The notes beneath the pieces were generated by a model that saw only the letters and a program-made list of their open reading frames with translations, was not told where the DNA came from and made no database searches. Of a stretch of DNA of 64,000 bases, positions 38,589 to 49,873 are shown piece after piece (positions within the stretch are counted from its first letter, which is position 1; every line of letters begins with the position of its first letter). The position numbers and the translations under genes are program-made. The DNA is from Lingula anatina (Eukaryota; Animalia; Brachiopoda). Location: contig CM120647.1 in NCBI GenBank assembly GCA_051362555.1, positions 19,196,651-19,260,650 on the forward strand. The letters run 5' to 3'.

Positions 38589-39340
38589 AACCTTAACACT
38601 ATAATGTTGATGCAAGTAAAATTGATTGAAACGATACATCTCATGTCTTAATTTGTACAGAATAGTGCAAAAAAGTAATATATAATTAGGATCTCTGTAG
38701 ATTTAATACATAGAAATCATACATGTAAAAAGTGGTAATTAGGCATATAGGATGTAAATAAGGAATTCTGTTTTATTTCCAATTATCTTTAGTATTATCC
38801 TTATTGCTATTATAATGTTTTCTACATCCACGACAAATACAGAGAAAAGGTGTGCTTCATGTCTAATCACATAGACTAAATGTTTGCCGAAGTGGTATTA
38901 TTAGAGAGTAAATGCTGGGCACAAGAGCACACAATTATGAAATTCTATTCATGTATATTGCTCTCTGCGCATCAGTTGTTCTCAGCGCATCAGTGTGGAA
39001 ATCTTTTGTCAGTGAATCCGTGGATGATGTGTGTGAATACCTGAGGAAAGACAAGCTACTTAAGACTATAGAAATAGGAAGTACTAGTGTGAATGAGATC
39101 GCGAGGATGGATGTTGTCTGTGTGGGAGGAGAACATGTGTATAACTTTTGGTGTGTGTGGCTCCTGCATTACACTTGCTGTTCTTTGTACAGACACAGAT
39201 GTGTCTGCACATACTATAACTGTTATTTGTGTCTGCCGTCGTCATTGGTAACACCGTGACTTTCAAGGACAACATGATAAGTGGAAAGCCACAGGTTAGG
39301 TTAGAAAATCAGCTTCTTATATTTTTTCCTTCCACTCCAA

Positions 39341-42300
39341 ATGATTAAAATCGCCACAGTAAATTGTCAAGGACTAGGTAACCCAGAGAAGAGAAAAGAC
39401 GTTTTGAATTATTATAAAGGGAGAAAATATTCAGTGATATGTCTTCAGGATACGCACTTCACAACAAAGCTAGAGCCCTATATTGAAACACAATGGGGCT
39501 ATACTTGTATCTTTAATTCATACCGCTCAAATTGTAGGGGAGTTGCAATTCTTTTTAACAACAATTTTGAGTTAGTTGTGCATAAAAAAACACAAGATGA
39601 TAAAGGTAACTTACTCGTTGTAGACTTAACTATTAATGACTGTCGAGTCACGCTATTAAACATTTATGGTCCAAATGAGGATTATCCAGAATTCTTTGAT
39701 AAGGTTAGGGAATCCATACTTGAATTTGCAAATACAAACATTATAGTGTGTGGAGATCTTAATATCGCAATGGATCCAATTTTAGATACTTTTAATTACA
39801 ATAGGAATAATAACCCAAGAGCTAGAAAAAAATTAATTGAAACTATGGATGAATTGGATCTGGTAGATTACTACAGAGTTATAAATCCTTCCAAAAGAGC
39901 ATACACATGGCACAAAAAGAACCCAGTTAAACATGGTAGGCTTGATTATATACTAATATCAAATAACCTCTCAAATCTTGTCACGGATATCTCAATTAAA
40001 GCGGGTTACAAATCAGATCACTCGTCAGTTGTCTTAGAATTAAAATTTAATGATTTCGTTAGGGGACCCGGTCTGTGGAAATTCAATTGTTCTCTTCTAA
40101 CCGACAGAGAGTTTGTTGACAAAGTAAAACTAACCATTACAAGAATAAAAAATCAATATGCCAATATCTTGTATAAAGTATCCATAATTGATTGTATTCC
40201 AGAAGAAGACCTGCAATTATCCATATCCGATAGCCTATTTTTGGAAGTACTACTAATGGAAATAAGGGGGGTAACTATATCACATGCAAGTGCTAAGAAA
40301 AAAGATAAGAATAAGAAGGAAAAGGAACTTATTGATGAGATACAAAAACTTAAAGATGACAATGACGCAGGAAATTTAGTACATAATGGCATCTTGGAAG
40401 AAAAAATACAATCACTAGAAACATTAAGGAAAGAGAAACTACGGGGAAGCATGATAAGATCACGCGCACAATGGGTTGACGAGGGGGAGAAACCGACGCA
40501 ATATTTTTGTGGTTTAGAGTCCAGAAACTTTCTGAATAAAACTATTCAGGTGCTAGATATAGATGGAAAAGGAACAGTCTACGAACAGTCAGAAATCCTT
40601 AAGGAGGTGAAGCTTTTCTATGAAAATTTGTATTCAAGCAAAGAAAATGAAATAGATGACGTAGACCTCAGTAATGTACTAGAACCGTATTCCTTTAATA
40701 AATTGGACAATGTTACTGCTCACGAATTAGATCAAGAATTTACATTAACTGAAATCCTAAGTGTTATTAAATCAATGAAGAATAACAAGTCCCCAGGAAG
40801 TGATGGCTTTTCAGCCGAGTTCTACAAATTTTTTTGGAATGATCTCAAGTACTTTATCAGAAGAGCTATAAATGATATTTTTTTAAAAAAAATGTTGCCT
40901 ATCTCACAAAGACTCGGAATCATTGTATGTCTCCCAAAAGGAGAAAAATCAAGAAAAGACATGAAAAACTGGAGGCCGATTACACTCCTGAATGTATTTT
41001 ATAAGATTATTTCTGGATGTATCTGTGGACGAATAAAACGCACTCTGAATTCTCTCATACCTCCATCGCAGTCGGGTTTTATACCCGGTAGATACTTGGG
41101 TGATAACATACGAGCAATATATGATCTGATGGACTATACTGAGAATAGACAGATTCCTGGCCTTCTAATGTTGATTGACTTCGAAAAAGCTTTTGATTCC
41201 TTAGCTTGGTCCTTCATCTATAAAGTTCTTAACATCTTCGGCTTTGGCAGAAATCTAATAACATGGGTAAACATACTTAACACTAACATTACAGCATCCG
41301 TTCTACAATGTGGTTTCCTGTCGAAACCGTTTTCTATCCAAAGAGGTTGTCGACAAGGTGACCCAGTAGCCCCTTATTTATTTATATTGAGTGCTGAAAT
41401 GCTGTCAATACTGATAAAGAGCAACACATTTATAAAAGGAATAACAATTAATGGAATCGAGAATAAGATTTTACAATATGCAGATGATACTTCACTTACA
41501 TTAGATGGATCGAAAGAATCTTTATTCAATTCCCTGGAAACCCTTGAATACTTTGCAAAATTATCTGGACTACACATCAATGCCTCAAAAACTAAAGTAA
41601 TATGGATAGGTTCCAAAAAATATAGTAAAGATGTGTACCATCATTCCAGATGGAAACTTTATTGGGGGGTACAAATATTTGAGCTGTTAGGCATAACTTT
41701 TTCAGTAGAGTTAAGTGACATGATTGATCTGAATTATCAAAAGCAAATGACAAAAGTACAAAGTCAGATTAAACAATGGAAAAAACGCATCCTTAGCCCA
41801 ATAGGTAAAACCACGATTGTAAAATCGTTACTAATTTCCAAACTTACCCATCTATTTATCTCCCTACCCAACCCAAACAACGGATTTATTAAATCGCTTG
41901 AGACTGAGTTTTATAATTTTGTATGGGGGTCAAAATGTGATAGAATTAAAAGGGACGTAGCCTCTCAAAATCACAACGCTGGTGGCCTTAAAATGATTGA
42001 CATAAAATGTTTTATTACATCATTAAAATGTTCTTGGTTGAAAAGACTAATTACTAGGAAACAGATTTGGACTAAAATATTAGAATCCATATTAGGAAAA
42101 AAGTTAATCCAGAACCTGCTCGACTTTGGTGATGATTATGTCAGGAAGTTAGCAGAACGTATCCAAAACAAATTTTGGCAGGATACTCTGATAGCTTGGG
42201 CTTACTTTATGAAAGTCCAAATGTTAAGGGAATGGGCAAGTGACCCAGGCGCAATACCTCTTTGGTATAATACTGAAATTAAGATTAACAACGCTTCGGT

Positions 42301-43162
42301 GTTTATCCCTTCCTGGTACAAACAAGGAATAAAAGTTCTTGGAGATATGTTGGACAATCAGGGAAATTTAATGAAAAAGAATGTGCTTGAACAAAAATTC
42401 AATTTGAGAGTCCAAACTATGCAGTTTAATAGCATGTACAGTGCAGTTAAGGTTTTTCTAAGACAATTTGATAAGGTGGTTATTACAGTCACCCCTTACT
42501 ACCCGTTTCATTTCAAGGGGCTTATGCTAAATGAAAAAGGAAACAGATATGTATATAATGTCCTAAATAAGAAAAATATTATTCCCACTGGTGTCTGTAC
42601 ATGGAACCAAAAACTATTCAATAACGGGGACGCTCGCTTAAAAACGGAAGAAATTTTTGAGACTTGTTTTGGAACTTCTCGAGATACAACGTTACAATGG
42701 CTTCAGTTTAGAATAATACATAGGATACTCCCTTTGGGTGCTTATTTGAAAAAGATTGGCATTCAGGATAATGACATATGTGGCTTTTGTAAAAGAGACC
42801 GTGAAGATCTCCTTCATGTGTTTATACAATGTAATAGTGTGCGTCCTCTTTGGAATAAGTTTCAAGACCATATACTCGAAAAAACTAATGTCAATTTGGA
42901 TCTCGATGACTATAAAATCTTGTTTGGAATAAAATGCACAACGGAAAGTAAAATTTTTAATTTACTTATTATGTTTGGAAAACTATATATTTACAAGTGC
43001 CTGAAACAAAAAAAGACCCTAAGCTTTCAAGGTCTTTTGGGTTACATAAAATTTATGTATCATGTTGAAAAAAATATTGCTTTGCGTCATGGATCTTGCA
43101 CATATGACAACTTTGTTAAACAATGGGCACAATGGTTACCACTTTTTGTTGAAGGGGAATAG
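39341..43162 (+). CDS. LINE ORF2p: APE-like endonuclease + reverse transcriptase + C-terminal CCHC (zf-RVT) domain
   Basis: 1273 aa uninterrupted. Motifs TVNCQGL, CLQDTH, GDLN, RLDY, SDH; KSPGSDG, WRPITLLN, IDFEKAFD, RQGDPVAP, QYADD; CGFC...EDLLHVFIQC. Confidence 0.97.
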   Translation: MIKIATVNCQGLGNPEKRKDVLNYYKGRKYSVICLQDTHFTTKLEPYIETQWGYTCIFNSYRSNCRGVAILFNNNFELVVHKKTQDDKGNLLVVDLTINDCRVTLLNIYGPNEDYPEFFDKVRESILEFANTNIIVCGDLNIAMDPILDTFNYNRNNNPRARKKLIETMDELDLVDYYRVINPSKRAYTWHKKNPVKHGRLDYILISNNLSNLVTDISIKAGYKSDHSSVVLELKFNDFVRGPGLWKFNCSLLTDREFVDKVKLTITRIKNQYANILYKVSIIDCIPEEDLQLSISDSLFLEVLLMEIRGVTISHASAKKKDKNKKEKELIDEIQKLKDDNDAGNLVHNGILEEKIQSLETLRKEKLRGSMIRSRAQWVDEGEKPTQYFCGLESRNFLNKTIQVLDIDGKGTVYEQSEILKEVKLFYENLYSSKENEIDDVDLSNVLEPYSFNKLDNVTAHELDQEFTLTEILSVIKSMKNNKSPGSDGFSAEFYKFFWNDLKYFIRRAINDIFLKKMLPISQRLGIIVCLPKGEKSRKDMKNWRPITLLNVFYKIISGCICGRIKRTLNSLIPPSQSGFIPGRYLGDNIRAIYDLMDYTENRQIPGLLMLIDFEKAFDSLAWSFIYKVLNIFGFGRNLITWVNILNTNITASVLQCGFLSKPFSIQRGCRQGDPVAPYLFILSAEMLSILIKSNTFIKGITINGIENKILQYADDTSLTLDGSKESLFNSLETLEYFAKLSGLHINASKTKVIWIGSKKYSKDVYHHSRWKLYWGVQIFELLGITFSVELSDMIDLNYQKQMTKVQSQIKQWKKRILSPIGKTTIVKSLLISKLTHLFISLPNPNNGFIKSLETEFYNFVWGSKCDRIKRDVASQNHNAGGLKMIDIKCFITSLKCSWLKRLITRKQIWTKILESILGKKLIQNLLDFGDDYVRKLAERIQNKFWQDTLIAWAYFMKVQMLREWASDPGAIPLWYNTEIKINNASVFIPSWYKQGIKVLGDMLDNQGNLMKKNVLEQKFNLRVQTMQFNSMYSAVKVFLRQFDKVVITVTPYYPFHFKGLMLNEKGNRYVYNVLNKKNIIPTGVCTWNQKLFNNGDARLKTEEIFETCFGTSRDTTLQWLQFRIIHRILPLGAYLKKIGIQDNDICGFCKRDREDLLHVFIQCNSVRPLWNKFQDHILEKTNVNLDLDDYKILFGIKCTTESKIFNLLIMFGKLYIYKCLKQKKTLSFQGLLGYIKFMYHVEKNIALRHGSCTYDNFVKQWAQWLPLFVEGE

Positions 43163-45939
43163 CAGTAGCATCCCTTTCTTTATCTTTTGGGTTTAAGTTT
43201 TCTATTATATTTTATTTAATTTTGTTTTGTTAATTAGCAGGCACTTAGAGATGAAGTTACTATATTTGAGTGAAATGGACAGACAACTAATTAGTCTATT
43301 TTTGTAAACACAACTGTGTAATGCAAGGATAATATACATATTAGCAGTGACCAAGTATGAGTGTTGTGCGTACGTGGGTATGTGTGCGTGTATGAAAGGA
43401 ACATATATACAGACTTGACATTTAATATGGAATATTTCAGTTTCGAAGGTATGCCTAGGTAAAAATGCATCCTTTTTTCAAAAAACTCAGATCTCATATA
43501 AGATATGAGAATGGAGAAGTGTGTAGTCAGGTGTGTCGCTTCCAATTCACTGAATTCCAGGTTTGTTGCGCTGCTGCATTATGTAATATGCAGTGATTTA
43601 ATTGGGTAGTGCTCCTTTGGGCAGGTCAAAGCTTGGCTTTGGCAAAGCATGGTTCTTCCAAAAAAGTATCAATATGTCGGTAACTACTGCATAGAAGAAT
43701 TTGAAATTTGGCATGCAAGTGGTCAGTTTTGCAAGGTGTAAAATGAGCTATGCACTGCTCCGCAAATTTGGTAATCTGTGGCAGAATGGCTCGAAAAAGC
43801 CAGGCATTGCCAGACAGATAATTGCGCCAAACGAAACGGTCCGCACAGTTTTATAGAGTAATGTCCAGACTGATGCACCTACACAGAGACCACACCCAAT
43901 GTATTGAAATCTTATCACCAGGGTACAGGACGCACTGTCTGTCGGGATATGTTGTTGCAACTAAACAAAAACCACCCAGTCCGTTCAGAATGAGGGGTAA
44001 ATTGCCACCAAAACGCATTTTTCAAGGCCCTTAGCGAACACCAAACTGGTTTTAGCTGGTTAGAATACCAGACGACCTCGGGGGAACCCACTGTAAACAG
44101 CAAAACATCGCTGTATGTTTCTCTAATGAATTGGGGACCTTGACTGTTTCTGAGTTGAACACTGAAAACTCGTGGCTTTCTTTATTGAGGTCAGTTTTCA
44201 CCTATACCGCTCAACTTGTCAAAACAGAATTTACAGACATCCAGAAGAGGCCAACAATTAAGGGTGTGCCGCGTTTAAAGTGACTAAGTTCATTAACAGC
44301 GTCGGTAATTGGAGCGGATACCACATTGGTGCCAAAACACCAATGGTGGTCATCCACGAAAACCTGAACCAGATCAAATAAAGGAATAATCTGGGAACCA
44401 CTTGACTATCATTTGACAGGGGGCACCTTAGGAACAATTTTAGGTTGCACGGTGAAATTGCCGGTACACACAGAGCACTTTTAAAAACAGATTACTTACA
44501 GAACCAAGGGAATGAGCAGCTACCTTGGTAATCAAAATCGCCACATTTGAACCACATAGACAATATGTGGGTAGGCCATTACTCGCCGGATCAATGGCCT
44601 ACATGTCCTACAACAAAACTGGACCAAATTGGACAGATTTTGACCGATGCCTGGAATGTTATTCCAGATTTAACTCTAAAAACCTAACCCAAGGAATGCC
44701 TTGCCCCTTGAGAGCGCTGGTAGCAGACAGAAGAGGTCAAGCGTAACAGCGACCGTTACTGTGACTAGACACTGACATGGGGGTTCTTTGTGAGGCGTGT
44801 AACTCTTTTACAGAAAATAATTTGGAAAATATGGAGATCCAAAATATCTCTTAATTGTTGTCGTATGACATAGAATAGGCAATGTGTTTTTGTTTGCTTC
44901 TCTGGCGAATTCCATTAATTAACTGAAGACACAATGACATCAAAAGGATAATTAAAAGTTATTAAAACCCAATTTTAAGCCTTATTTTCATTTATCAGTC
45001 AGCAAAATAGGAAAAAACTGATGAAAAATGATTTGGAAAAAAATATTCCATATTAAATGTCAAGTCTGTATATACTCTATTTGTGTTTATTTATTTACTT
45101 ATTATTATTTTTTCCATAATAAAACAAAAAAAAAAAAAAAAAAAAATGTTAAATAATGCAAATAATCAGGCCACTCAACTGGGTCTCTTGGAGAATCTAC
45201 ACATTTCTACAGTTGAGCTTAGAAACACAATTATCATGTAGCACAATTGCCCAGTATTGAATTATATTATTATGCTGAGTCTCAGTCCTGGTGTTAATAT
45301 GATAAGAACTGTACCAAGATACAAGTTGTGTTTGTGAACTGATAACCTAGATGCTTTAAGAGTTCTTCAAACTTCAAAGTTTCAAACCAGTTTGTGTATA
45401 ATGAGATTGCTAGAAATTACTTAGACACGCAAAGGACGAACAGCTTAATAAAATGACAATTATATAAATCACTGATTGAATAGATAAATAAATACACACA
45501 AACAACCAGCACCTGTGTCGCATCTGCAATAATTATTCACTTTCGAATAAATCGATTTAATTAGGGAAATAAAATTGTCACCGGTAGCCCCCCCCCCCCC
45601 AGCCCCTTGGAGAAGATTCAATCATTTCATGCAGAACTTCCTCCAGGACAGTCTTTATATATATTTGCAAATACCCGGACATTCATGTTCAATAAGGGGA
45701 CTTTTTTTAGTTAATACAAACATGCGAGAGCTGAAGGAGTCTGGTGAGATTACATGAGTCAGGCTAGGTAATTTTTTTTCAAATTCAAGCGTCTGTAAGA
45801 TAAATACATGCATAGATCATGAATATGAACACTGGCGGCACGTCGCATAACGAATTTTATTTAGAATTGCATGGTGTAAAGCATTCTATAAAACTCTTTA
45901 TCTACTGCTAAAGACTATTTGTCTTCTATCTAACACACA

Positions 45940-46015
<76 letters not shown>

Positions 46016-46969
46016 ATATAGCAGATAAATCTCAAGGATATTGTAACACGTTATTATCATTCAGATATCGGTTTTTCTTCCATCTAATTATTCAGTAATG
46101 CATCTAACTTTGCGCTGATTTAAAACAATAAAAAAACTCAAAAATATAAACTATCGGCATATATAATTCTCGTTGCAATGTATAAGCATAGGCGTCTCAA
46201 AGCTTTAAATCCCTGCACTAGATTTCATCATGAAAACCGGCAGAGTTGATCAGGTACAAAACATTCTATTTCTCTTCATCACCCCTTTTCTTTATCACCC
46301 CTTTTTAATACCTTCCATCACCCCTTTTTAATACCTTCCATCTATAATCAACTATACATGTAGTTTAATATTTACGTGCATATAGTCCTATACGTAAATG
46401 ATTTGAAAATATAATGATATATGAAAAAATAGCTTTTACTCATCAGACGTACGTATTTTTTAATGAGCAAAATGGATTTTAATTATTCTACTGAACCTGC
46501 ATTTTATTTTATCGACAGATCAGATCAATTTTCATTTTATACTTTTATGTATAAACATGAAAATAAATTATAAAATTACCATTAAGAAATTATGAACATT
46601 AAGAGGAACATTAAGAATTACTTAGCACATCTGAAGCCAGCAGGGGCAAGCTTGACAAAAAATATGAATATGGGGTTTCCTCACTTTATGCAAATGCAAT
46701 CATCTTATATATTGTTAACATGCATGGATTTAGAGAAAATCGATTGACATTGCAGCCTTAATCATAGTCAGTTGAAAATAATAATTTTTAAAAACAGTCA
46801 GCTTTTGCATACTTTGAGGATAGGCAGAGCTTTGTAACATCTGTCTGCTACTACACAGACTTCATTTTTGTTAGAGTCGTCACAAGTCTGGCATAAGTCA
46901 GGCACACACGTATCTTTGCTATCGCTCAGTAGCGAGAAAGTGAGCTTCAAACTGAGGAGGAAGAGAGCT

Positions 46970-47523
46970 TTAGCCTGTCATCCACCCGATGGCTAGTTGC
47001 CCAACATAACCTGGAATTGCCAGGAGGCAAGTTTTAAGGATCCCAGTAAAGAATTGAAACACGCACACTCCTCCCGTCCAGAATAAAAGAGACCAGCTTC
47101 GACGTTCGGTCTTGGCTTCCCCATACCCCTGTTGTGTGAGGTTCACGAGAAATTTGTTACCTCTGTTCCCAGCGTACAAAACTGCAGAGATGTCATCCCC
47201 TTGGAGAGATATCTCTGCGTTCTTCCATACCCACTCTGGATAATCACCAATCAGGGAAATGGCAGCTTGTACCACGTTATTGTCGCGCGGTGAAAGTTTT
47301 TTTCCTTTCTTTAAGGCTTGGACATTTCGTGGCGTAATGCACGATCCACAATCCACATCATCCTGTGGGAATAAAGTATATATATATATATATATATTAG
47401 AGAGAGAGAGAGAGAGAAAATTTCTGGGTTTGTCTATACTAACAGATGACAATTATCCTATTCAACGTCGATATCGTAACATATACGGTTAAAAAAAGAA
47501 AAAGAGTGACTTACCGTGGACAT
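46970..47523 (-). CDS. Family A copy 3: exons 47523-47515 (MST) and 47362-46970, 133 aa, hydrophobic C-terminal tail; unknown function
   Basis: ATG TCC ACG|gtaagt ... tttattcccacag|GAT GAT GTG GAT TGT is a phase-0 intron at the same position as in A1, with an open frame to TAA. Confidence 0.75.
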
Positions 47524-47911
47524 TTTCAAATGTATTCAGTATGCCCGTTAAAAGTTGCTTTTCCCTAACCTTTCGGCTACAGTGCATGAGCTGCGAATCT
47601 CGTCGACTGCTACTAAGTCAAGGCTAATCTAAATAGAGTTGACACAAGAACAACACCTTTACGTTCAAAAGCCCCCTCTTTTGCTTTTGATTTTGAAAAT
47701 TCAACATTGAATGCAGGGAATTTTGCATGCAAACTACCTACGTAACTATGATTTGGAAAAATACCGGTGTAAGTTGTATGAAAAGAAAATACTTTTTTTC
47801 TCATTTATGACTCAACAATTTATTTGCACTACTGAAACTTAATCATGTTATTGACATATGGGGAGATGGAATTAGCTCAAACTGCGAGTCTGACTTTGGT
47901 TAGAACACACG
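47524..47911. promoter_or_regulatory. Putative compact bidirectional promoter between A3 and B3 (paralogous interval 32596-32986)
   Basis: Only ~390 bp separate the divergent start codons. The interval has kB-like GGGAATTTTGC (47716), GAAAAGAAAA (47780) and AP-1 TGACTCA (47808), all retained in unit 2. Confidence 0.55.
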
Positions 47912-48850
47912 ATGGGGAACACTTCTTTTCGCTCACCTTCTGAAGACAATGAAAATACATGTAAACCTTCTAAAGACATCGAAGAAAATTTTTCTAAAGA
48001 CAACGAAGATGAACCTTCTAAAGACATCGAAGATAAACCTGAAGACATCGAAGATAAAGACTTCGAATATGATGGGAAGGTAAGTAATTTTGTCGAACTT
48101 AACATCATTCCTTATAAAAGCAATGGCCTTTTCTTTTATTCGGATTTATTCAACTGTTTTTACACTTCAAATGGTTCATCTTGGAGCCACTTTGTATAAC
48201 TTTGTTGACTCACTAACGGCATGGCACAAGACTGACTGTGATGTCCAATGTCCAATAACCTACTAGTGGGTGTCGTGTAGTCCCCCCCCCCCCCCCCCCC
48301 CCCCATGTAGCTCAGTACACTGTCTATTGTATTTGTTGACTCTTAACACAACGTTTGACAAGAATGGTGGTGTAAAGATATTGTACACTGTATTTTAAGA
48401 CCGTTTCTCAGTTAAATAAACATGCCACACTGGTACAGGATGAAAATGCCAACAACCTTCTGCATATTTGTTTCTATTACTGAAAGGCTTACATAAATAC
48501 GCGCATTACTGTATAGTACATTTTTTTCTTATATTACAGTATTTATTTACTTTTAGATGAAAGTCAAGGAAATCAACAAAATCGCTCTCGGTCGTTTTAT
48601 TGTGAAATGGGTTGGAAATGAGGGTACGGTTGATACCTACGAGTCACAGGGATTGAGAGAACTTCTACAGCATGCAATTTCCTCCCTGGAAACGCGACCA
48701 AAAGACGTTTGGACTAACGCTGCGTTGGAGATATACGACAAAGAGGGGAGGGTGTTTAGCGTTTGTTCTGGTGACGCGAAAAATAAGTTTCTCTTGTCAC
48801 ACGACGGGAGAAATGAACCAAAGTTAACACCAGTGAAGAAGTTTTACTGA
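47912..48850 (+). CDS. Family B copy 3: exons 47912-48079 and 48557-48850, 153 aa, MGNTS start, acidic repeat linker; unknown function
   Basis: ...GAT GGG AAG|gtaagt and tttacttttag|ATG AAA GTC form a phase-0 intron. Both exons are open. Confidence 0.82.
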
Positions 48851-49873
48851 GGAAAATCAAAACTCTCTGTACATTATGGAAGTTAATTATGAACAAATGC
48901 ACTGTTGCTAATTAAATTTTAAAGCAAAAACCTTCCTTTGTCAAATTAAAACATTATATGGATAAAATATTTGAAAATCTTGTATTTGGACTGGCATTAC
49001 TAAATGTCTGGATTGAGCTCCTGCAATGAAATGCCTCTTGTGAACGCATGTACTTTTTACTAATGTCAGGTCGTATGAAAATATATGAATTCATCTTTTT
49101 TTACAAAAAAAAAAGACTGTTTACAAGACTTGAATTTGATAAGAATCAAGACAGACCTGGCATGAAAGATAGTGCTACCAGTTCCGCATATGCTTCAACA
49201 TATTCTTCAACGAGAAATTCAATTATTTTACATAAGTAACTCAAAACCGAATTTTTATTTTCGTTATAAAATGTCTATTGAAAATGTCTATGTTTTGGAA
49301 TAAATGATATTATTGAGGCAAAACAATTGTTGTGCTGTTATGCTTTATTTTGAAAACCATATGAATTCATGAAAACGGTTGTATAGCCTACATCCAACCA
49401 CCAGAAAGGGTCCATATAATTAAGATTGACGGGTGTTATTTATTGTCGTTGAAGTCCATATGCTTAGTAAAAACTGTTTTCAGTTTTACACTTTCATTTC
49501 TTTTCTCTTGTTATTGTATTAAGCTATTTTTTCAAAATGAGGATAAAAACCATGGAAAACCCTCAATCTTGTAGTCTACTTACCATATAAATCACTAAAG
49601 CCGTGGTGGTTTCCACATAAAAGTCCCATTTCTTAAAATAAGCCACTTTATTGCTAGCGATTTAAAAAACGGGACACAGGTTTTTTCCACGTAAAACCCC
49701 CCGCTTTTATAAAGGGCGCTATGAATGTTTACAGTGGCTGATCAAGAATAAAGCGAAGACGCTGTCAATAGGCTTACCTGTGTGAACGTTACAAGCACGA
49801 TATATCACAATGAATCACTGCCACTCTGCTTCCGTAAAAAAAATCAAGTAAATACTAGGCCTGTTGACTAGTA

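Larger units (their letters stand above)
37018..45146 (+). mobile_element. Full-length L1/Tx1-clade non-LTR retrotransposon, ~8.1 kb
   Basis: Two intact ORFs, AATAAA at 45118 and poly(A) to 45146. The flanks rejoin to match the uninterrupted paralogous site at 30161-30240. Imperfect TSD aaatgattaaat / aaatgttaaat. Confidence 0.9.

Noticed and set aside
38912-39259. 115-aa ORF between ORF1 and ORF2 as a third LINE gene
   Set aside because: No recognisable motif and it is partly (TG)-rich. It cannot be supported without conservation in other copies.
37550-41616. Antisense ORFs inside the LINE (37550-38008, 38210-38566, 40153-40452, 41374-41616)
   Set aside because: Shadow frames of the A-rich ORF1/ORF2 with no independent signal.
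29270-49770. Units 2 and 3 as an uncollapsed-haplotype assembly artefact
   Set aside because: Not favoured, because the flanks show many indels, mosaic relationships with unit 1 and unit-specific insertions. It cannot be fully excluded without read depth or long reads spanning the junction.
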